Assembly (NCBI GenBank): GCA_963701665.1 | Contig: OY969622.1 | Location: 480,001 to 544,000, forward strand | Reading direction: 5' to 3' | DNA length: 64,000 nucleotides | Source: Candidatus Babeliales bacterium | GTDB taxonomy: Bacteria > Babelota > Babeliae > Babelales > JANWKD01 | Position numbers and translations under genes: made by a program | Part shown: positions 11,146 to 20,915 of the stretch, in pieces | Layout: each line of letters starts with the position of its first letter | How positions within the stretch are numbered: position 1 is the stretch's first letter | The notes under the pieces: model-generated | Databases searched by the model: none | The model's input: the letters and a program-made list of their open reading frames with translations, nothing else | Told to the model about the DNA's origin: nothing

Positions 11146-12537
11146 ATGAACAGAATAGATAGATGGTTGTTGAGTGTTATGTTTTTTTCAGTTGCTTTTA
11201 TGCATGCAATGGAAAAAAAGCAAAGCGTTTCCTTAGAAATCGATCCCGCATCAGCTACGCTCCCCGTTAAGAAAAAAAAAGTTCGTTCGTTGAAAAAAAT
11301 ATGTTGTGATGTTTTGATACAGAAAACGCCAGAAATTGCCAAGAGTGTTTTTGAGCAAAATGGTCTAGAAGGGCTGAAATATGCGCTCGCTTGCGAAGTT
11401 GCATGCGTTGGTTCTCATAACTTTATCTTATCAACTATGAATAGTGTGCCTGTTAATGCTATGCCTCATATGGTCTTGAATCTAGTAAGGGGAAAAAACA
11501 AGAATATGACCCAAGAAGAATCGCACGAGAGCCTGGAAGCATTGAACACTTGCTCAAAACAAGATTTTTATTCTCATCAGATCGTAGAAGAATTGAAAAG
11601 AATATATGATGCTTATAATAGTTCAGATACTCCTCCTAGTAAGTTAGATTTATTTTGTTTTTCACTAGGCTTTAATAGAAATTCTTGCGTTTTAAATAAA
11701 TTTTTGTTTAAAAAATCGTATTCAAAAAAATATTTTATTGAACAAACGATCAATATTCCTCATGATGAAAAATATTTTTTGCATTTGGTAAATAAATATA
11801 AAAATGAGGTACTATCCGAAAATTATTTCCATAAATTGGCCATATTTGCAAATGAGGCTGGGGCTACTATTGAAACGGAATCGGATAAACAAAAAGTTGC
11901 AGGTATATTGGCGGTGGGTTTGATGTATCGGCATTTATTAACACAGTTACATAAATTACTCTATCTAGGCTTTATGCCGTCGCCAGGATATAGCTTTACT
12001 TCACGTGTTTTTAATGGTATTGATGCTGCTAATGAAATATTCCATTATAAAGAGCATACCACGTGTATTGATTACGCCATCCATAATGTAAAAAAATGTT
12101 TTAATAAAAAATGTAGGAGTTTGAACTATGCACGATTTAAATTATCATGGGGTGGAAATGGATATCGTGCTGAAAATCTGGAGCATATGGAGCGTGTGAT
12201 GAGTTTTTATAGAAATTTCACAAAAGATACCGATTATTATGATTACCATGATAGGCATGAAAAAAATACTCCAAATTTTGCACTTGCTACTGTTTTGTTT
12301 AATTACGAAAAAAGTTTCTATATAAATATTTTGAAGCTTTTGCTTCCTTCGTGCAAAGAAGAATTCGCATCTAAAAAAACGCAATGCGCAAAAGCAATCG
12401 GCGTGCCTACAGAACGGCTTGAGGAATATATTTGCAAAAATAGTTTTTATGATGTTGCAATTCAAAAACAATGGACTGATCATGAAAACAGAAAAGGAGC
12501 GGCGGCTGATACTAGCAATAATTTCTTAATGAATTAA
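11146..12537 (+). CDS. Hypothetical secreted protein, paralog of the next gene
   Basis: Signal peptide ..HAMEKK; shared blocks LHKxxxLGFxP, YAxFKL, EKxFYxxILKLL. Confidence 0.7.
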   Translation: MNRIDRWLLSVMFFSVAFMHAMEKKQSVSLEIDPASATLPVKKKKVRSLKKICCDVLIQKTPEIAKSVFEQNGLEGLKYALACEVACVGSHNFILSTMNSVPVNAMPHMVLNLVRGKNKNMTQEESHESLEALNTCSKQDFYSHQIVEELKRIYDAYNSSDTPPSKLDLFCFSLGFNRNSCVLNKFLFKKSYSKKYFIEQTINIPHDEKYFLHLVNKYKNEVLSENYFHKLAIFANEAGATIETESDKQKVAGILAVGLMYRHLLTQLHKLLYLGFMPSPGYSFTSRVFNGIDAANEIFHYKEHTTCIDYAIHNVKKCFNKKCRSLNYARFKLSWGGNGYRAENLEHMERVMSFYRNFTKDTDYYDYHDRHEKNTPNFALATVLFNYEKSFYINILKLLLPSCKEEFASKKTQCAKAIGVPTERLEEYICKNSFYDVAIQKQWTDHENRKGAAADTSNNFLMN

Positions 12538-12562
12538 TATTTCATGCTGTGTTACATCGACT

Positions 12563-13867
12563 ATGATAGAGGATCTTCTAATGATATGGTGTTGGCTTCT
12601 TTTTTCATGGTGTGCATCTGGACTTTTGGCCATGGAGAATAAAAAACCAGTCAAGAAGCTGACTACGTTAAAAAAAACTTGTATACGAAGTCTAGTTAAA
12701 GAGAATTCTTTTTTGGCAAAAGAAATATTAAGTTCAGGAAAACTTCCTGCTGAAGTTCGATTGCTTTTAGGATGTAAGATGCTCAAGAAAGGCTCTTTTG
12801 AAAATGCAACGGAAGTTATGTCATTATTTGATTCTTGCTTTTTTCCACATTTATTCCTGAACGTATTGACAATAGGCAACACTGCTCGTCGCCAAGAGAA
12901 AACTTTATGGTATGGGATAGAAATGAGAAATATAGCGCAAGAGCGCGGTGATCGTCATCTTAAACTATATTTGGATGATATGTTCAATTTTGCTCGTCGT
13001 ACAGAACATTTCATAAAAGCTGATCGTTCTATACCATCGATTATTATTCAGAGACAGTTATTATCGCGCGCGATTGTTGATATGGTCTCAATAGTTCCGG
13101 TTAGAATTTTATGTCAATATGAGACTCCTGATTTTTGGCTTGATGGTTATCTTGAACGGCCTATGAAATATGGCTATTTCAGCTCTTTCTTATCCACGTA
13201 TAACGATAAGCTACGAGAAGAGGAGGTTTGCTCATATGCAAAGCGCTATAACCTTCCATATACTTCAGAAAAAGACAAAAAACAGGTGAAGAAGCTGGTA
13301 GCGCTATCAAAAAGAAATAAAGAAATTTTAGTAGGACTACATAAATTTATAGTCCTTGGTTTTGAGCCCTTATATAATAAGTATCCTACGATTTGTAGTG
13401 TTATTCGTTATTCTCTCAATAGAATGAGAGAAACGCTTGGTCGAAATAATTGGAGTTTTGATTGCGGCTATGCGCAATTTAAATTAGAACTCGATAGAAA
13501 AGAATATGAAGTTGAAAATAGAAAATACAAAAATGAAATGTGGGCATTTTATGCGTTGCATCCGCAGAGAAATAATATATCTTACATACAACAATTCATA
13601 AGTAATGAGAGATACTGTTACCATGTTCCCTTATTTAATCAGATGTTGAATGAAAAAGAAGGCTTTTATCGCAGTATTTTGAAATTGCTATGTATGTACA
13701 GAAAAGATGAATTTAATAGTTGGAAAAGAAATATTGCTGAGACATTGCAGATGCAAGAAGATGAAGTTGAACAAACCTTATTAAATGATACCTATTATAA
13801 TAAAAGTACAGTCTTACATACTTTGTGGACAAAACGCGTGAACACTTTACGTATGCCTGGTGATTAG
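12563..13867 (+). CDS. Hypothetical secreted protein, paralog of the previous gene
   Basis: ..LAMENKK; TLKKTC...LPAEV; shared blocks with 11146-12537. Confidence 0.7.
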   Translation: MIEDLLMIWCWLLFSWCASGLLAMENKKPVKKLTTLKKTCIRSLVKENSFLAKEILSSGKLPAEVRLLLGCKMLKKGSFENATEVMSLFDSCFFPHLFLNVLTIGNTARRQEKTLWYGIEMRNIAQERGDRHLKLYLDDMFNFARRTEHFIKADRSIPSIIIQRQLLSRAIVDMVSIVPVRILCQYETPDFWLDGYLERPMKYGYFSSFLSTYNDKLREEEVCSYAKRYNLPYTSEKDKKQVKKLVALSKRNKEILVGLHKFIVLGFEPLYNKYPTICSVIRYSLNRMRETLGRNNWSFDCGYAQFKLELDRKEYEVENRKYKNEMWAFYALHPQRNNISYIQQFISNERYCYHVPLFNQMLNEKEGFYRSILKLLCMYRKDEFNSWKRNIAETLQMQEDEVEQTLLNDTYYNKSTVLHTLWTKRVNTLRMPGD

Positions 13868-13907
13868 CATACCATGGTAGAAAATTAAATTGTTAAGGAG
13901 ATTAGGT

Positions 13908-14213
13908 ATGAAATATATTTGTTATACGATTATTTTTCTTATAAGTTCTTCATGTTTTGCGTTAGATCTTATCGATGCTGCACGTGATGCTGTTGAGGGT
14001 GCTGTGCAAACAACAGAGGATGCGTTATACGCGCCCAGTAATCCAGTAGAAGGTGCAGCTAATGTAACGAATGATGCATTAGAAACGACGGGCAATGTTG
14101 TGGAAGATCTTGTGGTGCCAAGAAACCGCAGAGGGGTTATTTCATATGAAGAAATGAATGAGCAAGAACTACCCTACATGCCTGAATATGATGAAGCGTA
14201 TATGCCAGAGTAA
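13908..14213 (+). CDS. Small acidic secreted protein
   Basis: AGGAG/AGGT upstream, signal peptide, internal VEGAxxxTxDAL repeat. Confidence 0.7.
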   Translation: MKYICYTIIFLISSSCFALDLIDAARDAVEGAVQTTEDALYAPSNPVEGAANVTNDALETTGNVVEDLVVPRNRRGVISYEEMNEQELPYMPEYDEAYMPE

Positions 14214-14216
14214 ACA

Positions 14217-14373
14217 CGTCATCCCGAGGAACGAAGTGACGTGGGGATCCAGAATTTTAGTAAATTCCTTTAAAGGATTGATTTTACTATCTGGGTTCTA
14301 CTTCGTTAAAACTTCGTAGAACAGGTTGCCAACTCCTTCGAAGCTCGTAGAGCGAAGTAGGTTTGTAATGACA
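14217..14373. repeat. Family A REP-dimer, copy 3, with two nested mini-hairpins
   Basis: CGTCATCCCGAG..GTGGGGATCC left arm; right arm interrupted by CTACTTCG..CTTCGTAG and CTTCGAAG..CGAAGTAG. Confidence 0.88.
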
Positions 14374-14384
14374 ATTTTGTTTTG

Positions 14385-14786
14385 TTAACCCATAAATGCT
14401 GAACATGCCTGTGCACATTTATTGCATGCTTCAATGCAGGCTAAACAATTATCAACACACTGTGAATCGCCCGCTCTGCATTTTTCGACACAACGTTTGC
14501 ACGCATCAATACAATCCTGACATTTTTTGATACACCAATCAGCCTGTTTTTTGCACTGTTCTTCATGACATGTTGCTAAATGTTTGCGTGTGTGTTTAAT
14601 GGCTTCTTGACATGCTTGTATGCACGCGCTGCATTCTTTTATACAGATGCCAATGTGTTCTGCGCACGCGACTTGATCCATTGCGCTGCACATATCAATA
14701 ACTTGTTGGCATGCGTCAATGCATTTTTCGCAACACTCAATACATGAATTACTTGCTGCTTTATGTTCAGAAGAAATATGTTCCAT
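14385..14786 (-). CDS. Cys-rich four-helix-bundle copper storage-like protein (Csp3/DUF326-like)
   Basis: 25 Cys in 133 aa in CxxC/CxxxC helical spacing, no signal peptide. Confidence 0.75.
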   Translation of the reverse strand: MEHISSEHKAASNSCIECCEKCIDACQQVIDMCSAMDQVACAEHIGICIKECSACIQACQEAIKHTRKHLATCHEEQCKKQADWCIKKCQDCIDACKRCVEKCRAGDSQCVDNCLACIEACNKCAQACSAFMG

Positions 14787-14854
14787 TTAAACCCCTTTTT
14801 ATAAACTTAGTTTTTGATAGCGTATCATACTCCATTTTATTACTTCAAGTATGC

Positions 14855-15529
14855 TTATAATGCGCATACTTCGCACTGTTTCTTGAGTAATTCAAGTGCT
14901 TGATTAACGTCATCCACTACGGCGATTAAACTAAAATCTTCTTTTGTTACAATATCATTTTTCAAAAGCGTGTTTTTAACCCAATCAAGAAATGGTTGCC
15001 AGTACATGCTGCCGAATAAAATTATTGGTACGCCCCTCAGGATGTTTATTTGTGCTAATGTTAGCACTTCACCCAGCTCATCGATTGTGCCAAATCCACC
15101 AGGAAAAACAACAAATGCGTTAGAATAATTTACCATGAGCCATTTGCGCACGAAAAAAGTATCAACGATTAATTTTTCTTGTGCACATGAATTGAGCGGT
15201 TGTACTTGTTCAAGCATTTTTACACTAATGCCAATAGATTGAGCTTGTGAATGACTTGTTTTTATCGCATGGGAAGCACCGCAATTTGCGGCTTCCATGA
15301 TGCCAGGGCCGCCACCGGTAATGACTGATATGTTGTGTTCAATTAATAATGCAGCTAAATCATGCGCTTGCGTTTGATAGGGGCTTCTGTGCCAGCGTGA
15401 ACCACCAAAAATCGTTACCACCGGACCTTTTAACATTCTTTTAATACGCCAGATGCCATGCATAAGTTGGTACGCAGCAACTATTACTGCTTTAAAATTT
15501 TCATAATAAAATTTGAATATCTTATTCAT
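14855..15529 (-). CDS. LOG-family nucleotide phosphoribohydrolase (Rossmann fold)
   Basis: TGGGPGIMEAAN, RK, PGGFGTIDE. Confidence 0.9.
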   Translation of the reverse strand: MNKIFKFYYENFKAVIVAAYQLMHGIWRIKRMLKGPVVTIFGGSRWHRSPYQTQAHDLAALLIEHNISVITGGGPGIMEAANCGASHAIKTSHSQAQSIGISVKMLEQVQPLNSCAQEKLIVDTFFVRKWLMVNYSNAFVVFPGGFGTIDELGEVLTLAQINILRGVPIILFGSMYWQPFLDWVKNTLLKNDIVTKEDFSLIAVVDDVNQALELLKKQCEVCAL

Positions 15530-15631
15530 GCATTTTCTCCTTGTTCATCACTGGTAGTTTATTCTGTGGAGATTACAAAAATAAAGAAAATTGTTTTAAG
15601 ACATATTTTTTATTTTTTGTAACTTTACGCT

Positions 15632-16636
15632 ATGCTTAATAAAAAAAGTTTTGCATTTGGAAAATCTATGAGTTATTGGCAAGAAAACATACAAATCGGA
15701 AATCAATCATACCCGCGTTTTATTGGTGGGCCATTAGATGGCATCACCGATTCACCATTTCGAAAGCTCGTGCGCCACTTTTCGCAAAAAGAACTATTGT
15801 TTACGGAAATGCGCCATGTCGCGTGCGTTGCGCATGATAAATCAGGATTGCGCGCGCTTCATTTTTTTCAAAACGAGCGTCCCTTAAATTTTCAAATCGC
15901 AGCCTCAACTGAAAAAGATATTGAAAACGCGTGCGCAAAAATTATGGAAAAAGGTGTTGATCTTGTTGATCTGAATGTCGGGTGTCCTGCAAAAAATGTT
16001 ATTAAATCCGGTTCTGGTTCAGCACTTATGGCGGATCTCCCTCGTTTAAAACAAGTGCTCACGCGCATGAAAGAAACGTTGCGCGTGCCATTTACCGTAA
16101 AAATCCGCGCGGGTTTCAAACAAAAAAACGCGTGCGATGTTGCCAAACTCATCGAAGATTGCGGTGCTGCAGCATTAACGATTCATCCCCGATTGCGTGA
16201 TGAAATGTTTGCCGGTCGTCCTGATTATGCACTCGCTGCCGCAGTCAAAAAATCAATTTCTATTCCAGTAATTTTATCAGGAAATGTGATTAACTGGGCA
16301 ACCGCAAAAATGGCCTATGAACAAACGGGCGTTGATGGCTTTTTAATTGGCCGTGGTTTGTGGAGCAAACCATGGAAATTGCATGAACTTTCGCTCCATT
16401 CTCAAGGATTACCATTTCAGGTCGATTCTAGTACAATATTTTCGTATGCGCGACAACATCTTGAACTGCTTGAAACATATTATGGATCTCATGGTTTATA
16501 TTGTTTTCGAAAACATTTACCTTTCTACTTGCGCGGTGTGCCAGATGCTACTACAATTCGCAATAATTTAGTAATGTCTGATTCATCGGCATATGTTAAG
16601 GAACAGTTGGAGGCTCTCGGTGCTCAACGTTTTTAA
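15632..16636 (+). CDS. dus: tRNA-dihydrouridine synthase (DusB-like)
   Basis: DLNVGCP, GSGSALM, TVKIRAG, IHPR, GRG; start may be 15668. Confidence 0.9.
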   Translation: MLNKKSFAFGKSMSYWQENIQIGNQSYPRFIGGPLDGITDSPFRKLVRHFSQKELLFTEMRHVACVAHDKSGLRALHFFQNERPLNFQIAASTEKDIENACAKIMEKGVDLVDLNVGCPAKNVIKSGSGSALMADLPRLKQVLTRMKETLRVPFTVKIRAGFKQKNACDVAKLIEDCGAAALTIHPRLRDEMFAGRPDYALAAAVKKSISIPVILSGNVINWATAKMAYEQTGVDGFLIGRGLWSKPWKLHELSLHSQGLPFQVDSSTIFSYARQHLELLETYYGSHGLYCFRKHLPFYLRGVPDATTIRNNLVMSDSSAYVKEQLEALGAQRF

Positions 16637-17444
16637 AGGTAGCTTAACCTCTGGTGTACGCATTCTCATAGTGTGTGCGCTCTTTTTCTTCATGGCACAT
16701 CGACTTTTCTTTTTTAAACCAGGCATTTTAGAAACAGTTTCATCGCTCGTTGTATATCCATTTGTGCGGCTTCAACAACGTATTACCGATCCCATTGCGC
16801 GTTTCATTGAAAATCGGCAAACACGTGCAACGCTAGAAAAAACTATTAAGACGCTGCAGCAAGAAAAAAAGAAACTTCTAGCCGATGTTGTTGCACTGCA
16901 CTCGGCATTGTGGTACGAAAAGAAAACGCGCGCTGTACATACTTTTCTCGAGCGTTATAAGCTTGAACATTGCCCGTGCGTTCAGATTATTATGAAGCAA
17001 AGTAGCCCTTATGAACACTCGTTTTTAATTGATTACGGCTCCATGCATGGCGCAGAAGTTGATATGGTCGCTGTGTACAACAACTGCATTATCGGCAGAG
17101 TTGCTCATGTTTATCCTTATTACAGCAAAGTGATCAGCTGCGCAGATCCCTTATGCAAAATTCCGGTGCAATGCAATAAATCTCGTGCAAAAGGAATTTA
17201 TGAAGGCACCGCATACGAATATGCAGGTGCGTTGCGCTTTGTGAGTCATTTAGAAAACTTAGTTAACGATGAACTAGTCATCTCAAGTGGCGAGGGCGTT
17301 ATTTTCCCAGAAGGACTTGCCGTGGGAAATATAGCATGGTTCGAGCGTGAAGGATTGCAGTATAACGTGGGCGTTAAGCCGCTCGTTTCACTCAACGAGC
17401 TTGAATATTGTTATCTGGTAAAAAAAGGCGTTCAACGCAACTAG
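16593..17444 (+). CDS. mreC: Rod shape-determining protein MreC
   Basis: N-terminal TM, coiled coil, IDYG, IIGRV, SSGEGVIFPEGLAVG; start uncertain. Confidence 0.85.
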   Translation: MLRNSWRLSVLNVFKGSLTSGVRILIVCALFFFMAHRLFFFKPGILETVSSLVVYPFVRLQQRITDPIARFIENRQTRATLEKTIKTLQQEKKKLLADVVALHSALWYEKKTRAVHTFLERYKLEHCPCVQIIMKQSSPYEHSFLIDYGSMHGAEVDMVAVYNNCIIGRVAHVYPYYSKVISCADPLCKIPVQCNKSRAKGIYEGTAYEYAGALRFVSHLENLVNDELVISSGEGVIFPEGLAVGNIAWFEREGLQYNVGVKPLVSLNELEYCYLVKKGVQRN

Positions 17445-18361
17445 CTAAAGATCCCTTTTTGTGCGGCACGTGCTTCAAGTATGGTAACCACTTTGTTCAC
17501 GATCACATCAAGCCACGTTGCTTCATCAACATCGGAAAGATAATCGGGCGGTGTTAAAAAGCTTAAAAACCCTCGCTTTTTTTCTGGTTGCACCCATTCA
17601 ATCTCACCCTCGATCATAGCAAGCTCTTTTATTTTATTAACCACATCAGTTGGTGAGCCGATACGATCAATCAATCCGAGGGTTAATGCTTGGCGACCCG
17701 TGTAAACTTTTCCATTGCCCCATTTTTTTACCTGAGCTAAGTCGAGTGCAGGACGGCATTTTACCACATGTTCATTAAAATTTTGGCAAGAATCATCAAC
17801 GATCGTTTGTAAATACGCATTTTGTTCGGGTGTTGTGTTAACAAATGGATCAGTGACAACTTTATAATCACCCGCTTTAATCATGTTATAATGAATATTA
17901 TGTGATTCTAAAAAGTCTTTGAGCTTGAATTGATTAGGCAAATAGGTACCAATACCGCCGATGATGGTTGAAGGTGCGGCGAAAATAAAGGTCGGCGCAG
18001 CAATATAATAGGCGGCAGATGCGCAAATATCGCACGTGCGTGTGACAATTGGTTTTGGATTTTCAAGATGCAAGAGTTCGATTTCACGTGCAATCATTTC
18101 AGCAGCACCCGCTGAACCGCCGGGTGAATCAATCACGAGCAAGATTGCTTTTATTGAACTATCTTCAAAATGTTTTTTTAATGCAGAACAATAATAGGAA
18201 GCATCGGTGATGGTTCCTTTAATGGCGAGCGTACCAACTTTTGTTTTTGGCTCCAAATAATCACTGTACTGTTTTTTAATACTTTTGATCATGAATGGGG
18301 CAAATTGGAGTAATAAAAGTATGAAAAATATATTGCGAAGATAATCAGAAAAAGCTGCCAT
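17441..18361 (-). CDS. sppA: Signal peptide peptidase SppA (S49)
   Basis: IDSPGG, ASAAYYIA, KAGDYK, GKVYTGRQALTLGLID. Confidence 0.9.
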   Translation of the reverse strand: MAAFSDYLRNIFFILLLLQFAPFMIKSIKKQYSDYLEPKTKVGTLAIKGTITDASYYCSALKKHFEDSSIKAILLVIDSPGGSAGAAEMIAREIELLHLENPKPIVTRTCDICASAAYYIAAPTFIFAAPSTIIGGIGTYLPNQFKLKDFLESHNIHYNMIKAGDYKVVTDPFVNTTPEQNAYLQTIVDDSCQNFNEHVVKCRPALDLAQVKKWGNGKVYTGRQALTLGLIDRIGSPTDVVNKIKELAMIEGEIEWVQPEKKRGFLSFLTPPDYLSDVDEATWLDVIVNKVVTILEARAAQKGIFS

Positions 18362-18460
18362 GCAGGTCCTTTGCGAAGATAAATGCTTTTATAATTTTGA
18401 TGATCCTTCTAACCATAGCGCAATTGGCGCATTTTTATAACTATTTTTTTTAAAGTGATT

Positions 18461-18489
18461 TTGACTTTTACGAGCTTTTTCTTTAAAAT
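18461..18489 (+). promoter_or_regulatory. Sigma70-type promoter of the tRNA cluster
   Basis: TTGACT-17 bp-TAAAAT, 20 nt upstream of tRNA-Val. Confidence 0.65.
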
Positions 18490-18509
18490 CTCTTGTGTCC
18501 CAGTTTAAA

Positions 18510-18585
18510 GGGCGGTTAGCTCAGTTGGTAGAGCATCAGTCTTACAAACTGGGGGTCACTGGTTCGAGCCCAGTACCGCCCACCA
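18510..18585 (+). tRNA. tRNA-Val(TAC)
   Basis: Cloverleaf, loop CTTACAA, GGTTCGAG, encoded CCA. Confidence 0.97.
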
Positions 18586-18637
18586 GTCTTCGTTTATCCG
18601 GGCCTTCAGGCTCGGCAAACTACGCCTGGCTGCGCCA
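18586..18637 (+). repeat. Family C1 tRNA-trailer repeat
   Basis: GTCTTCGTTTATCCGGGCCTTCAGGCTCGGCAAACTACGCCTGGC..CGCCA directly after CCA. Confidence 0.9.
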
Positions 18638-18735
18638 TTTTCTTTAAATGAAAGTATGTATTAGAATTAGTACAACAAGGCCATGGGCAAGATCATATAA
18701 CTGGGTCATCAGTTATAAAGTAATTTGAAATTGAT

Positions 18736-18811
18736 TCCTCGGTAGCTCAGTTGGTAGAGCACACGACTGTTAATCGTTAGGTCGCTGGTTCGAGTCCAGC
18801 CCGAGGAGCCA
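18736..18811 (+). tRNA. tRNA-Asn(GTT)
   Basis: Cloverleaf, loop CTGTTAA, encoded CCA. Confidence 0.97.
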
Positions 18812-18895
18812 GTCTTCGTTTATCCGGGTCTTCAGGACTCGGCAAACTACGTCCTGACCGGCGTAGCTGAAAGCGAAGAGGGTCTGGCTTCGCCA
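18812..18895 (+). repeat. Family C1 tRNA-trailer repeat with nested insert (18857-18883)
   Basis: Same unit as 18586, with a compensatory stem change and an extra CGTAG..CGAAG hairpin. Confidence 0.88.
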
Positions 18896-18951
18896 TCTTC
18901 TTTAAGGATCAACTTATAAGAATTTGGTTTTTTCTTTTCTCCACTCTTGTT

Positions 18952-19028
18952 GGAGCTGTAGCTCAGCTGGTTAGAGCGTCCGCCTGTCACGCGGAAGGTC
19001 GTGGGTTCGAGTCCCATCAGCTCCGCCA
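18952..19028 (+). tRNA. tRNA-Asp(GTC)
   Basis: Cloverleaf, loop CTGTCAC, encoded CCA. Confidence 0.97.
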
Positions 19029-19300
19029 GTCTTCGTTTATCCGGGCCTTCAGGCTCGGCAAACTACGCCTGGCTTCGCCATTTAGGTGAACAAAATTTGA
19101 TACAAAAAACGAAGACTGCCCGGCAGAGCTTATACCAACGAAGAAGTTATTTTTTTCAAAGCAAATAGCGACGACGGGCTGGCACGGCCAGTTAAATGAC
19201 TTTAAATGTAAGTTAATTTTGATTGGCCAATGCGAAGACTGTCCGGCATAGCTTCACGAACGAAGCGAATGGTAATATTCAAGCAACAGCGGCGACGGAC
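19029..19300 (+). repeat. Family C1 unit (19029-19080) plus two C2 units (19107-19179, 19233-19300)
   Basis: C2 = CGAAGACTG(T/C)CCGGCA.AGCTT...AGCG.CGACGG(A/G)C; its start is the reverse complement of the C1 start. Confidence 0.88.
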
Positions 19301-19329
19301 TAACTCTATTCTAAAAGTAATCAAATTCT

Positions 19330-19571
19330 ATGTATTATGTTTATATTCTCAAATCTATAAATTTTCCAACAAAATATATGTTGGCTATACCCTTAATATT
19401 GAATCAAGGTTAGAAACACACAATAATGGTGGTTCTGTTTATACAAAAGAGCATAAACCTTGGGAGTTAATGTTTTATTGTGGTTTTCAAGATAAATTAA
19501 AAGCGATGAATTTTGAAAAATATTTAAAATCACATTCTGGTAGAATTTTTTTACAAAAAAGATTATTATAA
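19330..19571 (+). pseudogene. Small standalone GIY-YIG nuclease, frameshifted near codon 13-14
   Basis: MYYVYILKSINF in one frame, NKIYVGYT..RLETHNNG..YTKEHKPW..FEKYLKSHSGR in another; one base missing near 19366-19370 (could be a sequencing error). Confidence 0.85.
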
Positions 19572-19582
19572 TAATTAATGGA

Positions 19583-19704
19583 CATACTTCGCGTAAAGCT
19601 TCATATGGCAAGCCAGTCTTTTTAATGGATTGATTAAAAAAAGAAAATTAACAGTTTTAATCTGAAATGCGAAGTTTGCTCTTAATAGCCTTGGCGGAGT
19701 AGGA
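19583..19704 (+). repeat. Divergent C1/C2-like pair downstream of the GIY-YIG gene
   Basis: CATACTTCGC..GCTTCATATGGCAAGCCA and GCGAAGT..TAGCCTTGGCGGAG. Confidence 0.6.
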
Positions 19705-19747
19705 TAGTTCTTAACCTTAAAATTATATATTTGGAAGAATAAAGTTT

Positions 19748-20203
19748 ATGAAAAAATATTTTCTTGTAGTGTTTTTTGCAATAATCCAACTGAATGCGAT
19801 GGAAGTCACTGAGGATCAGAATGTTGATTCCTTTTTGCCACAAAATGAGCAGGATTTCGAAGAAAAAGAAAGAGCGCTTGCAGCGAGACAAAAAGCACTC
19901 AAAGAATTCTATTTAAGCGAAAAAGAAAAAATTGACCTAGAGCGACAAGTTACTAAAACAGTATTTGAAACAAGACGACGACAAGAAGATGATCGGTATC
20001 TTCGGGACAAGCAAAAGATTGATGAGCAAATTAAAGCCGTTAAAAAAGAAGCAGACGAAGCATTCAATGAAGTTATTGTAATGACTATGCATATGCATCA
20101 TAACATCTTAAGGGCGAGACAAGTACCATTTCACCTCAGAAAAAAATTAGTGGTTGAACGTATCTTAGATAATATTGTCGAGTATCATTGCAAAGATTTG
20201 TAA
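19748..20203 (+). CDS. Hypothetical secreted coiled-coil protein
   Basis: Signal peptide ..LNAME; charged helical body. Confidence 0.7.
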   Translation: MKKYFLVVFFAIIQLNAMEVTEDQNVDSFLPQNEQDFEEKERALAARQKALKEFYLSEKEKIDLERQVTKTVFETRRRQEDDRYLRDKQKIDEQIKAVKKEADEAFNEVIVMTMHMHHNILRARQVPFHLRKKLVVERILDNIVEYHCKDL

Positions 20204-20280
20204 ATAGTATTTTGCAAATTAAAAATAAATAATTTTAGAACACAAATTCTATATAGTCATTTTTTTTAAGATTTATACTT

Positions 20281-20856
20281 ATGAAAAACATTCTTCTTCC
20301 AATATTTTTAATTTTTACTTCTTCTAATGCTTTTTTTATAGAAGCTAGTTTCTTGCAATCCATAGAAAATTATAAAAACGCATATAATGAACTCGAAAAA
20401 CATATGGATCAAATAAGTCCTGGCTTTATTTGGCATATATGTAAAACCAAAGCATCATATGATAGCTTAACGGTATATAAAGAGGCCCAAGGGGATTTTC
20501 GCAATGCTATTCTTATAAATGCTTTAGGAGATGGTTTTATTTTGGGTGGTTTAGCAGCATGTTGTAATAGAATATTAAATGGCAAAATACTGAATAAAAA
20601 AATAATTTTATCCACCATTGTATGTATCATCGGCATGGCTTATTATAAAAACTATAAAATTGGTGAAATTCCATATTTTGATAACGATTTAAAAAGACAT
20701 GCGAATGAAGAAATTTTCTCGATTAATCTTGCACTACCGTTGTTTTCTTCTTTTGTAGGATATCTCGGAATGGAATATACTTTAATAAAAATTGCAGATA
20801 TTTTGAAAAGTTCAAGCTTGTCCAAAAAACAAGATGAAAATGCCGTTTTATCTTGA
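20281..20856 (+). CDS. Hypothetical secreted/membrane protein
   Basis: Signal peptide, hydrophobic segments. Confidence 0.65.
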   Translation: MKNILLPIFLIFTSSNAFFIEASFLQSIENYKNAYNELEKHMDQISPGFIWHICKTKASYDSLTVYKEAQGDFRNAILINALGDGFILGGLAACCNRILNGKILNKKIILSTIVCIIGMAYYKNYKIGEIPYFDNDLKRHANEEIFSINLALPLFSSFVGYLGMEYTLIKIADILKSSSLSKKQDENAVLS

Positions 20857-20915
20857 AAAATTTTTATGTTCTATGTTTATTTACTCAAATTACTGATTAA
20901 ATAGGATTCACTCAT

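Noticed and set aside
18586..19300. Repeat-spacer-like pattern suggesting a CRISPR array
   Set aside because: The spacers are tRNA genes and irregular intergenic DNA, the units are too long and variable, and there are no cas genes.
19230..19329. N-terminal extension of ORF 19230-19571
   Set aside because: It is read-through of a C2 repeat; the real GIY-YIG start is ATG 19330 in another frame.
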